A stretch of DNA of 64,000 bases from Octopus sinensis (GCF_006345805.1 NC_043013.1:55242001-55306000), one strand, 5' to 3'. Positions 1 to 14,247 are shown, counted from the stretch's first letter. The notes: generated from the letters alone by a model not told the origin. Translations and numbers: made by a program.

Positions 1-1441
1 CCAGCACAGGTGCTTTTTATGCGGCACCAACCTTTACATATTATATAATCATCATTTTGCTTAAGCAGTGACAAATATGAAATAATGACATTCATGCACA
101 TTAGCACACACACACACACACACACACACCAGACCTCTTGCAGTTTCCATCTATGAAATATACATAAAATGCATTTATTAGTCCAAAGAAGTAGAAACTA
201 ACCCAAAGTACCATAATGCATGTGTGTGTTATATTAAAACAGTGAGTCCAACAGAAGTTGCTTTTTCCATTCAAAGAACATGTCAGAAACTAACAAAGAT
301 GTTGCTACTCCTTATGTTCCCATTTACAGAGTGAAGTGCATTTGTATCTTATCTTAGCTAAGACTTATATGATCCGTACAGATAATTAATATTGCTGGAA
401 TGAAGGATTAATGATGGATGTAATAGACAAAGCAGTGCAATGTTAAATTAATTAGACAAACAGCAAACATTAGTCACAAACAAAAATAAAAATACATGAT
501 TGATAACATATTTTCAAAATAGTCAAAATCAAAATTCAAACAATAATGTCTCTAAACCAGTCTTGCTGATCTGGTTGTTAAGAAGTGTTAGCAATACACA
601 GCTAAAAACACTTCACCATGAAGGTGAGACTGAGAAGGTCTAGAATGTTGATGATGGATTTTTGGAACTTTACCATCCCAAATAGAGTCCAAGGAATGAA
701 TACAAAAAGTGCCAAAACCATTCCAGCATGGTGGAACATGTTAAAATAGTGGTAGAAAAGGAGGCTGGAATATTACATCTATATCTGCCATTTGACTATT
801 TTGTGCCTGTTAACTCTTCTCCTGGTGCTTTTCTTGCTCAACCAATACACTCTCATCTCTCTACCACACCATTTCCTATTCAATCGAACCTTACTAACCA
901 TGAAATGAAAGACAAACTACATCTGCTCATGCTCAGTTCCTACCTTCACCATCATTTGTATTTCCTGCCTCTTTTCTTTCGAACTGCCATTAGTGTCCTT
1001 TCTCCAGCACAATACTTGATTATAAAAGAATTGCATGGTCTCCTAAAATAAGTACCACTCAGTTATCATTGCCCTCTTAGCTACTCATCAGTCATGTCCT
1101 CTCTTACTATTCGACATTACCCTTCTGCATCTCAAGCTACCATTCCCTCTTTCATCATTCATTATTGACATCTACTGCACTTTTATCTCTGATCATTTCT
1201 GTCAACTTTATACACACTCTTCCCCATTACACTTCTATGAAAAACTGAAAATTCCTTTTATTCTTTACAACTGTTCAGCTCCTCACTTCAGAATTGAACT
1301 CCTGTGTGAGAACAATGTTTTCACAGCATTTTACCACCAAATTGTTCATCGTGGGTTTAACTCTAAAACCCAGAAAGCTGCAGTCTATGAAGGCGCAGCT
1401 TAGTTTCCATGAAAATCTATGAGAGTTGTGGTAAAACCTAA

Positions 1442-1717
1442 GAAGATTTTTACAAAGAATACAACGTGAAAGATGTAGTCTGTTTCATTGCTAAGGTTTG
1501 GGATAATGCAAAGCTATCAACACTAAAAAAATGGCTGGTACAAGTTGAGTTTGTTTTCATATCTGAGGATTTACCTGATGAAAATAGTGACATTGATTTT
1601 TATGAGATATGTGAAAGGAAAAAACAAGTTGTAAATGAGTTGTTCGTGAGTATGTCATGTGTTTTAGGGGTTTATTGCCAGTTGATACAGCAATTAGATT
1701 TAATGAAGAAAATCTGA
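1442..1717 (+). pseudogene. Tigger/pogo-like (DDE_1) transposase C-terminal remnant
   Basis: The frame of ORF 1466..1717 extends upstream to 1442 and reads EDFYKEYNVKDVVCFIAKVWDNAKLSTLKKWL. This resembles the 'FWKxxNIKDAIxxIAxAWxxVxxSTLxxCW' segment downstream of the DDE core in Tigger/pogo transposases. No catalytic motif or TIR recognised. Confidence 0.45.
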
Positions 1718-1875
1718 GATGGATGTCAAGAAGAAACACCTGTTGTATATCGCTGTTTACACTCTGAAATTATTAACACAAGTTGTGAATTCTGATAAAA
1801 ACAATGGTAGCAGAAAGAGTTAGTGTTGATGATTGAAATGTTAGCTTAAGTAATTAAAGTGGGTTGAGAGAGTAA

Positions 1876-2357
1876 TTAACCCTTTTGTAACTAAATTTCT
1901 GTTGAAGTGCATTGTTTTGTTTCCATGAATGTTGGAAACAGTGAGTAATTTAGCAAAATAATATTGCCATTATTAAGGGGTGGTTTGAATATCAACAAGT
2001 CATCAAAAGCAAAAGAGAATACGAGACATTGCAAAAGAAAAAAACTTGCTAAGACAACAGTTTAAGTTCCCAACTGACAAAATGTAGAAGACCAAATTGT
2101 GATACTGAGGGATTAGAGTTCTAGTTTAAGGTAAGAAAAATACCTTTATGATACTAACCTGCGTAAGGCCACTCCCAGGTGTATGATATGAACTTCTCAT
2201 TTGAAAGTGATATGAAATAAAAACCTTCTCTAAAATTTCATGTCATTGTATATACCAAGCACCAACTTTTATAATTACAAAGTTATAAATTCTTCATTAC
2301 TTTTAAAATTAATTGAAACAGTGTATTTCAATAGAAATTTGGTAACAAAAGGGTTTA
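1876..2357. mobile_element. TTAA-flanked non-autonomous DNA transposon (piggyBac-like MITE), degenerate
   Basis: Left end TTAACCCTTTTGTAAC (1876) and right end GTAACAAAAGGGTTTA (about 2357) are inverted and match the TTAA-CCC piggyBac-type terminus. Related body sequence follows the left end at 20761. Confidence 0.4.
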
Positions 2358-2991
2358 GGGAGTAAATTTTACTTGCAAATCTCAGAATTTAAAATATGTA
2401 ATGCATGTTATGGTCATCTGGAAAACTATACCAGACAGACTGGATTACCATTATGCAAACAAACGATGGTATGCCAGCAAGAAATCAATTATGAAAATAC
2501 TGGACAAATTCCGTTAAGTGAACATATAGCAATATGTGTAGTAATAAACTACCCAATTTTAAAGTATTCCTGATTTATAAATGCTCAGATCCAATATTAG
2601 AGCAACAATAAACCACTAAAGAAAATCAATTTATTAAGAAATATAAGCCATGCATAAATGTCTGATCATTAATCACTGTAAACAAAATGCAATGTTATAA
2701 GGAAGATGGTGATTAAAAGAAAAGTATCACAAACTATGGTTCTACAAGCATACTTGAAGAGTAAACTATTAATTCTTCATGAATAACTCAAAAAGCAGAA
2801 ACCAGTAAGGGGAAACATTACGGGATGTAGCACAGGGGTAGATATATGTTTTGTGACTTTATATATCGAAAGAGACATAATTTTTTAAAACTTAGGCATT
2901 TTCATCTTCAAATGTTTATGTACATGAGTGTTAATGCATGTATGTATATGTGTATGTATGTGTATTATATATATGTATATATGTATGTGTA

Positions 2992-3034
<43 letters not shown>

Positions 3035-3083
3035 TTATGTGTGTATATATGCATATATGTATAAATATATATAACATATACGC

Positions 3084-3114
<31 letters not shown>

Positions 3115-3829
3115 ATATATATTATATTATATATATATATATATATATATTTATATAATATATATATGTATTTTATGTATACATATATATATATATATGC
3201 ATATCTATCTATGTACACACACACACATCAAGTGGTCACAGTGTTAGTGATACCAACACTCATCATCTGTTCCGAACACAATTCTCGAAGTAAATGTCTG
3301 AAGAGGATAAAGCTGCTACTTGTAATATGTTTGCCACATTTAACAGAGAGTTTCCTGAGAGGCAAATGAATTAAAAATTAAATATATGGAGCAGGAAGAT
3401 GGAAGACATTCATTGATATGAACAGGGAAGGACGATAACTGAACAAGGTTTTGGTTTTGTACGCGATATTGTATGTGTCTGACTGTGTATACATATGTAT
3501 GCAGGTGTATACATTTGCACATGTGTGTGTCAGTGTCCAAATGTGTGTGCATGTGGAAGTATGCACATATGTGCTTATGTGTTTGTGGATATGTTGGTAT
3601 GCAAGTGCACACGTGTGTATACATGTATTTGTATGTATGAATGTACATATTCAGGTGCATATGCACAAACACAACTATATAAGCACATACAGAATACATG
3701 CATTCTTATGTAATTTGGTACACACACACACACACATGCAAGTATGTTTGTCTATGCAACTGTGCATGCATCTATACATGTATACATATATGTGTGCAAG
3801 ACTGTTTGTCTGTCTCTCTGCATATATAT

Positions 3830-3861
<32 letters not shown>

Positions 3862-4204
3862 CATACATACTAAGAAAAATATACAGGGTAGGAAAATTAT
3901 AAAACATTTTCTACCAGTTACCTAGCATGTATAAAATAGTCAACAGACTATATTTTTCCTATAAAATTAGTATACATTTAAATACACCTCTTTTGTGTTT
4001 AAATGTACACTAATTTTATATGTAAAAAAAAAATATATATACTGTAACTTTTAACATGTGGATATGTAAAAATATGAGTTTGAACATATACATGCTTGAG
4101 CATGCAAGCTTGTAAGCATATGTTAGTGATATGTCTGTATATAAATGCATATATTTATGAGTGTGGGTGTAGGTGTGTCTTTGAGTGTACTTAACTTCCT
4201 AGGA

Positions 4205-4391
4205 AAAGATATTCTGTCTATTTGTCTGTCTATCTATCTATACACATACATACATATATTATATATATATATTATTTATATTTATATATATATATATAAA
4301 TATATATATATTTATATTTATATATATATAAAAATATATTATATATATAAAATATATGTATGTATGTGTATAGATAGATACATACATATAT

Positions 4392-4422
<31 letters not shown>

Positions 4423-4517
4423 ATATATAAATATATATATATTTATATTTTATATATATATAATATATGTATGTATGTGTATAGATAGATAGACAGACAA
4501 ATAGACAGAATATCTTT
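4205..4517. repeat. Inverted duplication of about 60-65 bp enclosing (TA)-rich microsatellite
   Basis: AAAGATATTCTGTCTATTTGTCTGTCTATCTATCTATACACATACATAC... at 4205 is reverse-complemented ending at 4517. The ORF track gives the same peptide [22 protein letters not shown] on both strands. Confidence 0.85.
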
Positions 4518-4910
4518 CAACACATGGATAGGTGAAAGTATGTGAGCTTCAAGGTTTGCATTTATGCACATGTTCTTGGTATACATGCTACATGCATGGT
4601 GCGTGTATGAATATACATGTGTATATGTGTGTGAGTGAGTATATATATATATATACATATATTCTATGCAAAGAAATAAGAGAAGCAACAGCTAAAGAGG
4701 AAAAACTTTGACAAATCCTACTTTCTCATTTCACTCGAGCTGTCCATGTGTTTCCATTTATTCCCCCTTCACACACACACACACACACAAACCTCATCTT
4801 CCTTCCTCGCAATCATTTCTCCATTTCAAAAATTCCTTGCATTCATCTTTTATTTGTTATTGAGGCATTCATTTCTCCCACCAACGAACCAGTGTATAAC
4901 TTTCAAGGTT

Positions 4911-4942
<32 letters not shown>

Positions 4943-4947
4943 TAAAA

Positions 4948-5100
4948 TGGTGAGTGGTGGATGGTAGAATTGCCAAATATACAGTTAAAAGTGAGTTGTA
5001 GTATTTTGGTTTGGCTGAATAATCTGAGTTCAAATCCTGCTGTTGCCAAGATTATTTTTGTTGTTTCTTCTAGGATAATAAAATATATACCAACCAAGTA
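4948..5100 (+). mobile_element. Degenerate tRNA-derived SINE (family A), the only clear + strand copy
   Basis: Contains B-box-like TGAGTTCAAATCC followed by a decayed central domain (...TTTCTTCTAGGATAATAAAATATATACC). Confidence 0.45.
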
Positions 5101-5159
5101 ATTCTGCCAATCAAATCAGTTTTTACCATTGGCTGCAGAATATTGCTTAGCTGTACCTT

Positions 5160-5345
5160 TACCAACATCATCATCTTGATGTCCACTTTTCTGTACTTGT
5201 ATGGGTCAGACAGGATTTATTGAGGCACATTCTCTACAGCTGGATGCCCTTCCTGTCACAAACCCTCACCTGTTTCGAATCCAGGTGAATATTTCACCAC
5301 AGCCAGACATGATTTTGCAGAATATTGGAGATAAATGGCACTACT
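5160..5345 (-). mobile_element. SINE-like element with RTE-type 3' tail (family K)
   Basis: Reverse strand carries GGAAGGGCATCCAGCTGTAGA and a (GAT)n end, preceded by CATGTCTGGCTGTGGTGAAATATT. Related copies at about 38960-39180 (-), 45305-45445 (+) and 60170-60400 (-). Confidence 0.6.
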
Positions 5346-6996
5346 CCCCTACTCCTGTTATATACACAACTACACACACACACACAAGATGTTATGCCAT
5401 GTTATACCTTACAACACCTATTCCAAAGTCTCATAGTTTTCTTTACTTGACAGATTCTCTTGTTTCCTTTGTTGTTCTGGTAGGAAGCATATTCTTAAAG
5501 ATTACACCTTCTGTCCTTTCAAATGTATCTCTGTAGCAATCACAGCAGACAATTCTCACCTTTTCCAACAAACTTATCTTTCAGTCTCTTCACACACACG
5601 TATGTATGTGTGTGTGTGTGTGTGTGGAGAGATAGAAAGTAAGAGGGAGAGGGAGAGAGAGAGGATTTATGTAAAATAACAATGTACTTTTTCTTTATTT
5701 TTTCTTTCCCAAGTCTGTTCTGATTTCGTTTTCCATTCATCTCACTCATCTCACCATACAACACTGACTTGCTTTCTCCCCAGAAACACTCTCTGCTCCT
5801 TTCTTTGTAATCCTACTGCTCTCTCTCTCTCTCTCTCTCTCTCTTTATCTCTTTCTCTTCTCTCTCTATATATGAGCACATGTTTGTGTTTATGTGTGTG
5901 TATATATATATATACGTACACACATATATATGTATATATATGTATATACACACACACATATATATACACATATATATATATACAAAAGATATATATATGC
6001 ACATATATATATGTGTACGTAAATATATATTTAACCACATGTACAGATGAACACATATATACACACACACACACACACATGCACATATAATCATATGTAA
6101 GTAGATAGTAGACAGATATACAGATAGATAGACAGACAGACAGACAGGCAGACAGATAAAGAGAGAATCTGTGGAATAGACAGGAGAAACAAAACTTAAT
6201 ACATGAGTTTACAAAAATCCTTAACAGTAAGAAAAATTACAAAAGAGACTCAAAAGCCAAGAATTTCATACATGAGAGTCACTTTTGGAGCTTTCCTGCT
6301 AATTAACACACACAAGCATTCACCTGTTGATGAACACACACCAACATACAAACGACATCCACACTCATCTCAAACGTTGCATTCTCTCTCTAATGGATTC
6401 TGTGTTTGTTTCAACATTTTACTTCCCACAATTTCACCAAAATTCACCAAATTCCTTTTGCACTGCAGCATCTTCTGTGAACAATGATACTGCTAAATGC
6501 AAAGACGATGCTGAGGCTTCACATCACATTCATGAAAGGTTGTCTGGAAGAGATTTAAATGTGAAGCAGTAACAACGGATTAATGGAATTTCTTTCTTTA
6601 TATAAGAAAATGAAAGAAATAACAGATAGGGTGGGGGAATGAAATCTGTTCCTCTTGATGGGTACATTTAAGTTTGAGTGTGACAAACACAAACACACAT
6701 TTATACATGGTTATATGTGCATATATACATATATATACACACACACATATATATATATATATATACACACATACACACACACACACATACATCTATACAC
6801 ACTCATATATATATATATATACATATATATATACATATATATTTATACGCATATATATACATATTTATATACACATAAATATATACATATATATTTATAC
6901 ATATATATATACACACATATATATATATACACATATATATGCACACACATATATATATACACACACATATATATACACACACACATATATATACAC

Positions 6997-7027
<31 letters not shown>

Positions 7028-7460
7028 TATATACACACACACATATATATACATATATATACCTATATGTATATACACACATATGTACCTATATATATTC
7101 ACACACATATATATATATTTTTATATATATATATATATACACATATATATATACATATATATATGCATGTATACACATGAACACATACACAAACACACAC
7201 ACACATATATGTATATATATATTATATATATATAATATATATATAATATATACATGTGGTATATGTGAGATTGTTAGCATATCTAAATACATTGCTTATA
7301 ATTTCCTGCGTATATGTTTGTCTGTGGTGGTTCATGTGAACAGTCGCTCAACCATTCAGACACTCTGTGTCAACCATTTCACATATTAGCAGTCATCACA
7401 TAACATACAAATAGTTATACGCTCTGTAAATACGCATCAGCACTTCGTTTGTCTTCACAG

Positions 7461-7471
7461 ACATTCATCTG
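7461..7471 (+). other. Candidate 11-nt microexon
   Basis: CACTTCGTTTGTCTTCACAG|ACATTCATCTG|GTGAGT: pyrimidine tract plus CAG acceptor and a consensus donor, set in an island of unique sequence between microsatellites. Confidence 0.3.
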
Positions 7472-10400
7472 GTGAGTGTGTGCAGCCGTGTGGCTGCAAT
7501 GTCTTCTGTGCAGTATCCAGTCCTTACAAAATCCAGCTAATCCAATGAAGGCATAAAAAAAATAAATAGAAACATACTGATGATGATGATGATGATGATG
7601 ACAGCGATAGTATTTTGTATGTCTGATGCATTAGGTGCTAGGTCTTACACATGTGTGCATGTGAACATGCACACATGCACAGTGCATCATCCATGTTATG
7701 TAAATGCTCATGTAGCCAGTTTGCAGTTTATTTGGCTGGATGTTGTGATTATTAGAGAAGTTAATGTGGGAGTGCAGATATGCATTTCTCTGTCTGCATG
7801 TGTGGTTATTGTAGCATCAGCACTGACAGTAGACGCAAGAGAAACCACAGCAGCAGCAGCAGTAATAGCAGCCACAACAGCAGCAGCAGCAGTAGTAGTT
7901 GTAGTAGTAGTAGCAGCATCAGCATTCACTTCTGAAGAAAGTACATGATTCTGTTTTCAAGACAAAAAATATCTCCTTTAAAATGTAAGTGAATGTTCTA
8001 ACTACAGACTGCTCTAGGAGAGATGCTAAAATGTAACCTTATGTTCAAAACATCCGAAGATTACAAAAATTCTAAAGAATTATCCATTTTGTTTTGCACC
8101 ATTGATGTCATTGTTCTTTTGTTCTTGCACCTTTTTTAGAATCGGTGCTAAAATTATTTGAGCCATATGGAAATAATAATCCTGAAATTCCCTCTTGAGA
8201 CACAATGGCAATTAAAGATACTATTGACCAATAAATACAATCTGATTACAGTTTTGTAAATCACACAAACACACAGACACATGTGTAGTTATTTATTAGC
8301 TGTAAAAGAGCAGAAGTGACTTAGGGACCAAAAGTTCCATGCAGGGCACTTACCAAACTTTGAACTTTGGTGAGTGCTGGTGGTCCTTGAGTCTGTAGCT
8401 TTATAACTAATCAATACAGTAACACACACACACACACACAATCTATTGTCTAAAAGACAGAGATTAGTATAAAGAAAATATAAGACAAGAGACATAAAGA
8501 CTGATAATTAGAAACAGGTTTTAAAGAAAGGATTTGATTGAGAAATGGGGAACGATTCAACAAGGGAGAACGGTGACTTTTTTTGTCTTTGGGGGAATAT
8601 TGTAGTCACTTCAATCAACTACATGTTTAACCAGAAAAAAGTTTAGTGATCTCATGAAACAATAAGGATAATAATGATGATGATGATGATGTTTTTTTTT
8701 TACTTGCCACAGGGGCATTAGATAAAGAGGAAGATTACAAGGAGAGTTTACAGTTGGTATCAGGAGATGGGGTACATAAAAAAAAGACAAGGAGAATAAA
8801 GGGAGAGGAAGGAGAGGTGAGATATCAAATAAACTTAGTACACAAAATATGTGAGGATGCAGTTATTGTTATAGAGAACCTCCAACTGGAACCAATCAAG
8901 GAACTCCACAAATCCAGGGTCACCCTGATCCCAGACGGTACACAGTCTCACTTAACTGTTCTTCTCCAATCTACAGGGCCCAATAAAAACAATAATAAAA
9001 ATAATGATAATAATAATAATGTTAGAGGTGATGTGAAGTAAAAAGAAGGGAATGACAAATCCTTATAAAAATATGAAAACTGCATTTGGTTACTCATTAT
9101 TTCCTGTCCATGAGGGCAGCAAATGTCATGGACATTGCCTTCTCTTGGCTAAACCATGAAGACAAAACTTTAAAATATTCTCTCTTACAAACTCCAACAT
9201 GAACATGCAGACACTCACACAGATACATATATACACATATACATATATACACAAATGCATATATACATAGATTATATACTTAAAGAGAAGAACATGCACC
9301 ATCAGTTCAAATTTTCTACTTTTTAGCTTGTAATTGTGTTTTTTTTATATAAAAAATGTTAAGGAAAAAAATAAACCAAAAAAAACTTTTTTATTTCTTG
9401 ATGCTGATGATGATGACAACAGTGATAATGATATTGATGATGATGATGATAAAGATTATAAAGCTGAGGGTGATTATGTTGATACTGACAGTGATGATGA
9501 TGATGATGAAATTTCTGGTGACATAAGCAGATGCCATTGAAACCGGCATTGTATAATATTCACAATGCTAAGTTTTCTGTTTTCAAGGAAACAAGTTTAG
9601 AACCACATTAAGAAAGCTTTTAAAGAAATAGAATCAAAAGTAAGAAACAGGTAGGGGTTGGCATCAACCAAAATAACTTTAGGGGTTGAGGAAACACACC
9701 AAATTTTTTTTTTTCTTTTTTTCAGTTTTTTCTTTTAAGAAGCTACCTTGAACATAAAACCTAAAGAAGACAAAAACATTCTCACTTTGGTGTGTTTAAA
9801 TGAGATATTTTCAGTATAAATGGAATGTGTGTGGGGTGGAAGATGGAAAAAATATTTTGGTTAATAAACACTGATATTTAGAGTAAAAAAAAAAGGTAAG
9901 AAAAGATGATGAGGAGGGATAATAACAGAACATGCATTGGTTAAATTATATTAAATTGTCTGGTATGTTCCAAGAGTCCATTTAGTCAACAACAACAAAC
10001 AACAATTGAAATGCTACAAAATACATAACTAAGTGAAACATAAATTCCATAGTAAGGCTGTTAGTTTGGCAAATGTAAATCTTTTATACAACATAAAATA
10101 GTGTCTTCAAAGGGAGAAAAGGAAATAAGATGATATAATGCGGTAGAAGTAAGCTGAGTGTAAAAGAGATTGAAGCAAACACAAGCCTGATGAAAAGATG
10201 GCTAGTTTTTGTATAAAAGAAGAGAAGCTTGCTATATTATAAAAATATATTGTAAGGAGATATAAATAGTGAAAATGTAGTGTATGTTATTAACAATAAC
10301 AAAAATAGAGAAAAACAGGATCTTATTTGCTCTGTATGGATGAGAGGAGAAAAGGGATTTTTTTCACTACAGAAAAAAAAATCCAAGTTGTGTATATTAA

Positions 10401-11213
10401 CAAAATATTGTATTTTCTATTTTCTATCTTCTATTTTTGAGAACAAATATATTAATGTTTACTATAAAATGATAGATTAAATATTACTATTGTTGTTGTG
10501 ATTGTTGTTGCTTAGCCCCAGGTCTGTCCTGATGAAGCAGGCCTATAATAAAATGTATTTGTGATCATAACGTCTCTATTTTCTTTTTTTTTTTCTGTTA
10601 GTGGGTGGGACATGCTTTTCTTTCAGTTGTGATTCCAAGGAGGTTTGGCAGCTATTTCTAGCTGGCAACTGAACATGTAGAGGAACATATATAGTTATCT
10701 ATTGTTGTTGTTATTGTTGGTGGTGGTGGTGGTGGTGGCAGAAGCAGTAGTTGTGGTTGAGAATATTGTGCATTTGTCAGCATATAAGTAAGAAAAATGA
10801 TCTTTACTCTGATAGAATATATATTCCAAATTTTCTCTGCATTTCGCAATAACCAAATCATTTATTACAAGAAATAGATAGCTTCAATGTTCATTCTGAC
10901 ATCCACAAAATTATTTTTTATATAATACTTATATATATATATATGTGCATGTGTGTGTGTGCCTATAAAACATGTCTTTAACTTACACATGTATGTAATA
11001 CATACTCTTATACACATTTATATGCATCTACATATATGTATAAGACATATATACATATATATATATTACATACATATATATATATATACATATATATGTA
11101 TATATTACATACATATATCTACATACATATATATCTACATGTATATATATAAGACATAACTACCTCATATATATTTATATATCTATGTATATATATGTAT
11201 ACATATATATATA

Positions 11214-11255
<42 letters not shown>

Positions 11256-11823
11256 CACACACATGCACGTACATATACATATGTATAGTCACCAATGCAC
11301 ATACATATTCACACACATATACATAACCACATGCTCACACACACATGTAGCCATATATATATATATATAGTGCAAAATCTAGAAGGTTATTACACATTTT
11401 TAATGACATATCACTCTCCTGTGCAACCACGACAGCAGCAACAACAACAACAGCAACAACAACACAGTACAATACAGAAGAAATATAACAGAATAAAAAA
11501 GTAGAATTATTATTATTATTATTATCTGTGGAATGAATGTTGCCAGTTTATAAAGTGTTGAAGTATAAAGTTGTGTTAGGGTCATCAGTAACTAGGGAGA
11601 TGATACTTAAATGTAGGGTCCCTTAAGTAGGTGATGGAGGCGGTGTGTGAGAGTGGTGGTGGGAGTGGGTGGGATCCCAGATTCAAAGAAAGAAAAGTGA
11701 GATTAGCCAGAAGTCGATGTTGTTTAGCCCTGAGTCAACCTAGAACGAGCAAAACTGCAATTCTGTGAACATCGTATTTTTTCTTTTTCTTCTTTTCTTT
11801 TGGTTTTGCTTTTGTTGTTATAG

Positions 11824-11937
11824 GCATGCTTTATGTATCTAGGACTACAAAATCCAATGTGTGCCTTCTTTGGCAAGACTGTTGAGTATGGTGTGAATGA
11901 AATTTGGCTGTTGTTTCTAGCAAGTTGTGTAACTATG
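11824..11937 (+). CDS. Candidate internal exon (114 nt, phase 0) of an unidentified host gene
   Basis: About 45-nt U-rich tract ending TTATAG|G, donor ATG|GTGAGG, length a multiple of 3. Only one frame is open: ACFMYLGLQNPMCAFFGKTVEYGVNEIWLLFLASCVTM. Protein not recognised. Confidence 0.4.
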
Positions 11938-13093
11938 GTGAGGCGCCTCACAGGGGTGTGGAACAGATCTTAAGAAAGAAGACTGAAATCTTAAGAGGTG
12001 GAAAGGGGGAATGATGGTGGGTGGGGAGAGGAAATAGGCTGGAGGGGGGAGATGGGGCGGGGGTAGGGAACAGAAGAAAAAAATCAAAGAGAAGGAAAGG
12101 GGTCCTGAAAAAGAAATGCTGAGTGTCTTGGAGGGAGGGAGAGAGAGAAGGAGAGAGACAAAGAGAGAAATGTTGCGAAGCAGAGAGAGAAGAGAGAATA
12201 GAGAATTAGTAAGGAAAGTAAGAAGTGAGAGGAGGAGGAGAGAGTATGTTAGTTACATAGATTGAGTATTTCGTAGAGAGAGGGAGGAAGAGTGAGCAAA
12301 AGGGCAAAAGAGAGAGAGAGAGACAGACATACTGAAAGGATGAAATAATGGTTAGACAGGGTAAGGAAAAAAGGGAGAAGGGAGAGTTAAGGATTGAAAG
12401 ACAGAGGAGAGAGAGAGAGAACGAGAGAAAAAGAGAGAGATGAAGAGAGAGGGAGAGAGAGAGATGGGGAGATAAAGAGAGAGAAAGAGAAAGGCAAACA
12501 TGGAGAGATTAAAAACAGAGAGATAAACAAGCAGCAAAAATGGTGAGAGAAATAATTCAAGAATGAAACAGGTGTGAATGGTGGTGGTGGTGGGGGGGGG
12601 GAATTAAGAGATTAATATTGAGATAGAGAAAGGTTTAGTATAAACGACAGGGGACGAATAGAAGTGGGGGGAGGGAGGTGGATTGAGAAGGTGAAAAGTA
12701 GAGGAATACAGACGAGGAGAAAGAGAGAGAGAGAGAGAGAGAGAATGGCTAGTAAAGACAGAAAGACAGGGTATAGCAGAAGAGAGGGGGAGATAAGGGA
12801 GAGCATATATGTGTGTGTGTGTGTGTGTGTGTAGATAAACAGATAGACTGAGGCACACACATTCTGGCGTGTGTGTAAATATTTGTCCATGAAAAGAAAC
12901 AAAAAGTAAACAAATTCCGTAACTGCAAAACTACTACTACTACTATTGCTTGTATATAATCAACACCAGGACATTCTTTCATAGTTGTTTAATGGTCAAC
13001 AACAATAACAACATTATTATTATTATTATTATTATTATTATGAAAAAAATGAAATGATAATATTAACAAACACAGTGAAGAGATGTACATACA

Positions 13094-13143
<50 letters not shown>

Positions 13144-13564
13144 TTTATATATGTATGTATGCAGAGATATACATGTGTATCTGAGTGTATCTCTCTCTCT
13201 CTTTATACATATATATATATATACACACACACATTCATATATATATATTTATATGTATATATATATACATACACACATCTTACATTTATACATGCATATA
13301 TATATATATGTATATATACACATATGTGTGTATGTATATATATATATATATATACACACACACATGCACACACACACACACAGACACATACACATACATG
13401 CACACATGCATGAAGTGATAACATGCTCACACGCCGCACACAAAGACAGAAGTAAGCTTACTTACCAGATTTTAGAGTAAGTTGGTATGTTGTATTATCA
13501 TTATTATTATATTATTCCTCCACATGATTATAATATATTGATGATGATGATGATGGTGGCGGTG

Positions 13565-13597
<33 letters not shown>

Positions 13598-14208
13598 GAT
13601 GTTATTGTTGTTATTATTATTGTACTACTACAGTAAGAATGATAATGTTTAGATCACAGTTGAAATTCCATATCCATTCCAACATCACTTGCGAGCAGAC
13701 GACACTTGTATTGGCGTATGTTCTCCTCCTCCTCCTCCTCCTCTTCCTCCTCCTGCTCCTTTACCTTCTCTTCCTCCTCCTCTTCCTTTTTTTTCCTCCG
13801 CCTTCTTACCTCGTCCTTTCTTTCTATCTTTCTCCATCTCTTTTCTAATATTGTTTCTTATTTTCTCCATTTTTTTTCCTATTTAACTCATTCTTTCAAT
13901 CATTCTTTCTCTCTTTCCCTCTCAAATTTTTCCCTTGTCATTCTGTCTGTCTCTTTCTCCTTTGTTCTCTCTCAGTTCAATCTCTCCTTCTCAATATTTC
14001 CCTCTCTCTTTCCTTCTTCCTTCCTGTCTCTCTCTATCTCTTTGTCTATCTACCTATCTATCTATCTACCAGTCTGTCTGTCTGTCTATCACTCTGTCTG
14101 TTGATCTATCTACCCACCTACCTACCTACCTATCTATCTACTTATCTATCTATCTATCTGTCTATCTATCTATCTATCTATCTTTTTCACTTTAATCTTT
14201 ACAGACAG

Positions 14209-14247
<39 letters not shown>

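Noticed and set aside
728-1300. ORF 728..1051 and a purine-rich minus strand faintly like a LINE 3' end
   Set aside because: No recognisable motif could be read through, so it is left unannotated.
1561-10540. Isolated CTGANGA heptamers (1563, 1575, about 3297, 7933, 10187, 10528)
   Set aside because: No downstream hairpin-GAAAC-NUH and no helix I partner.
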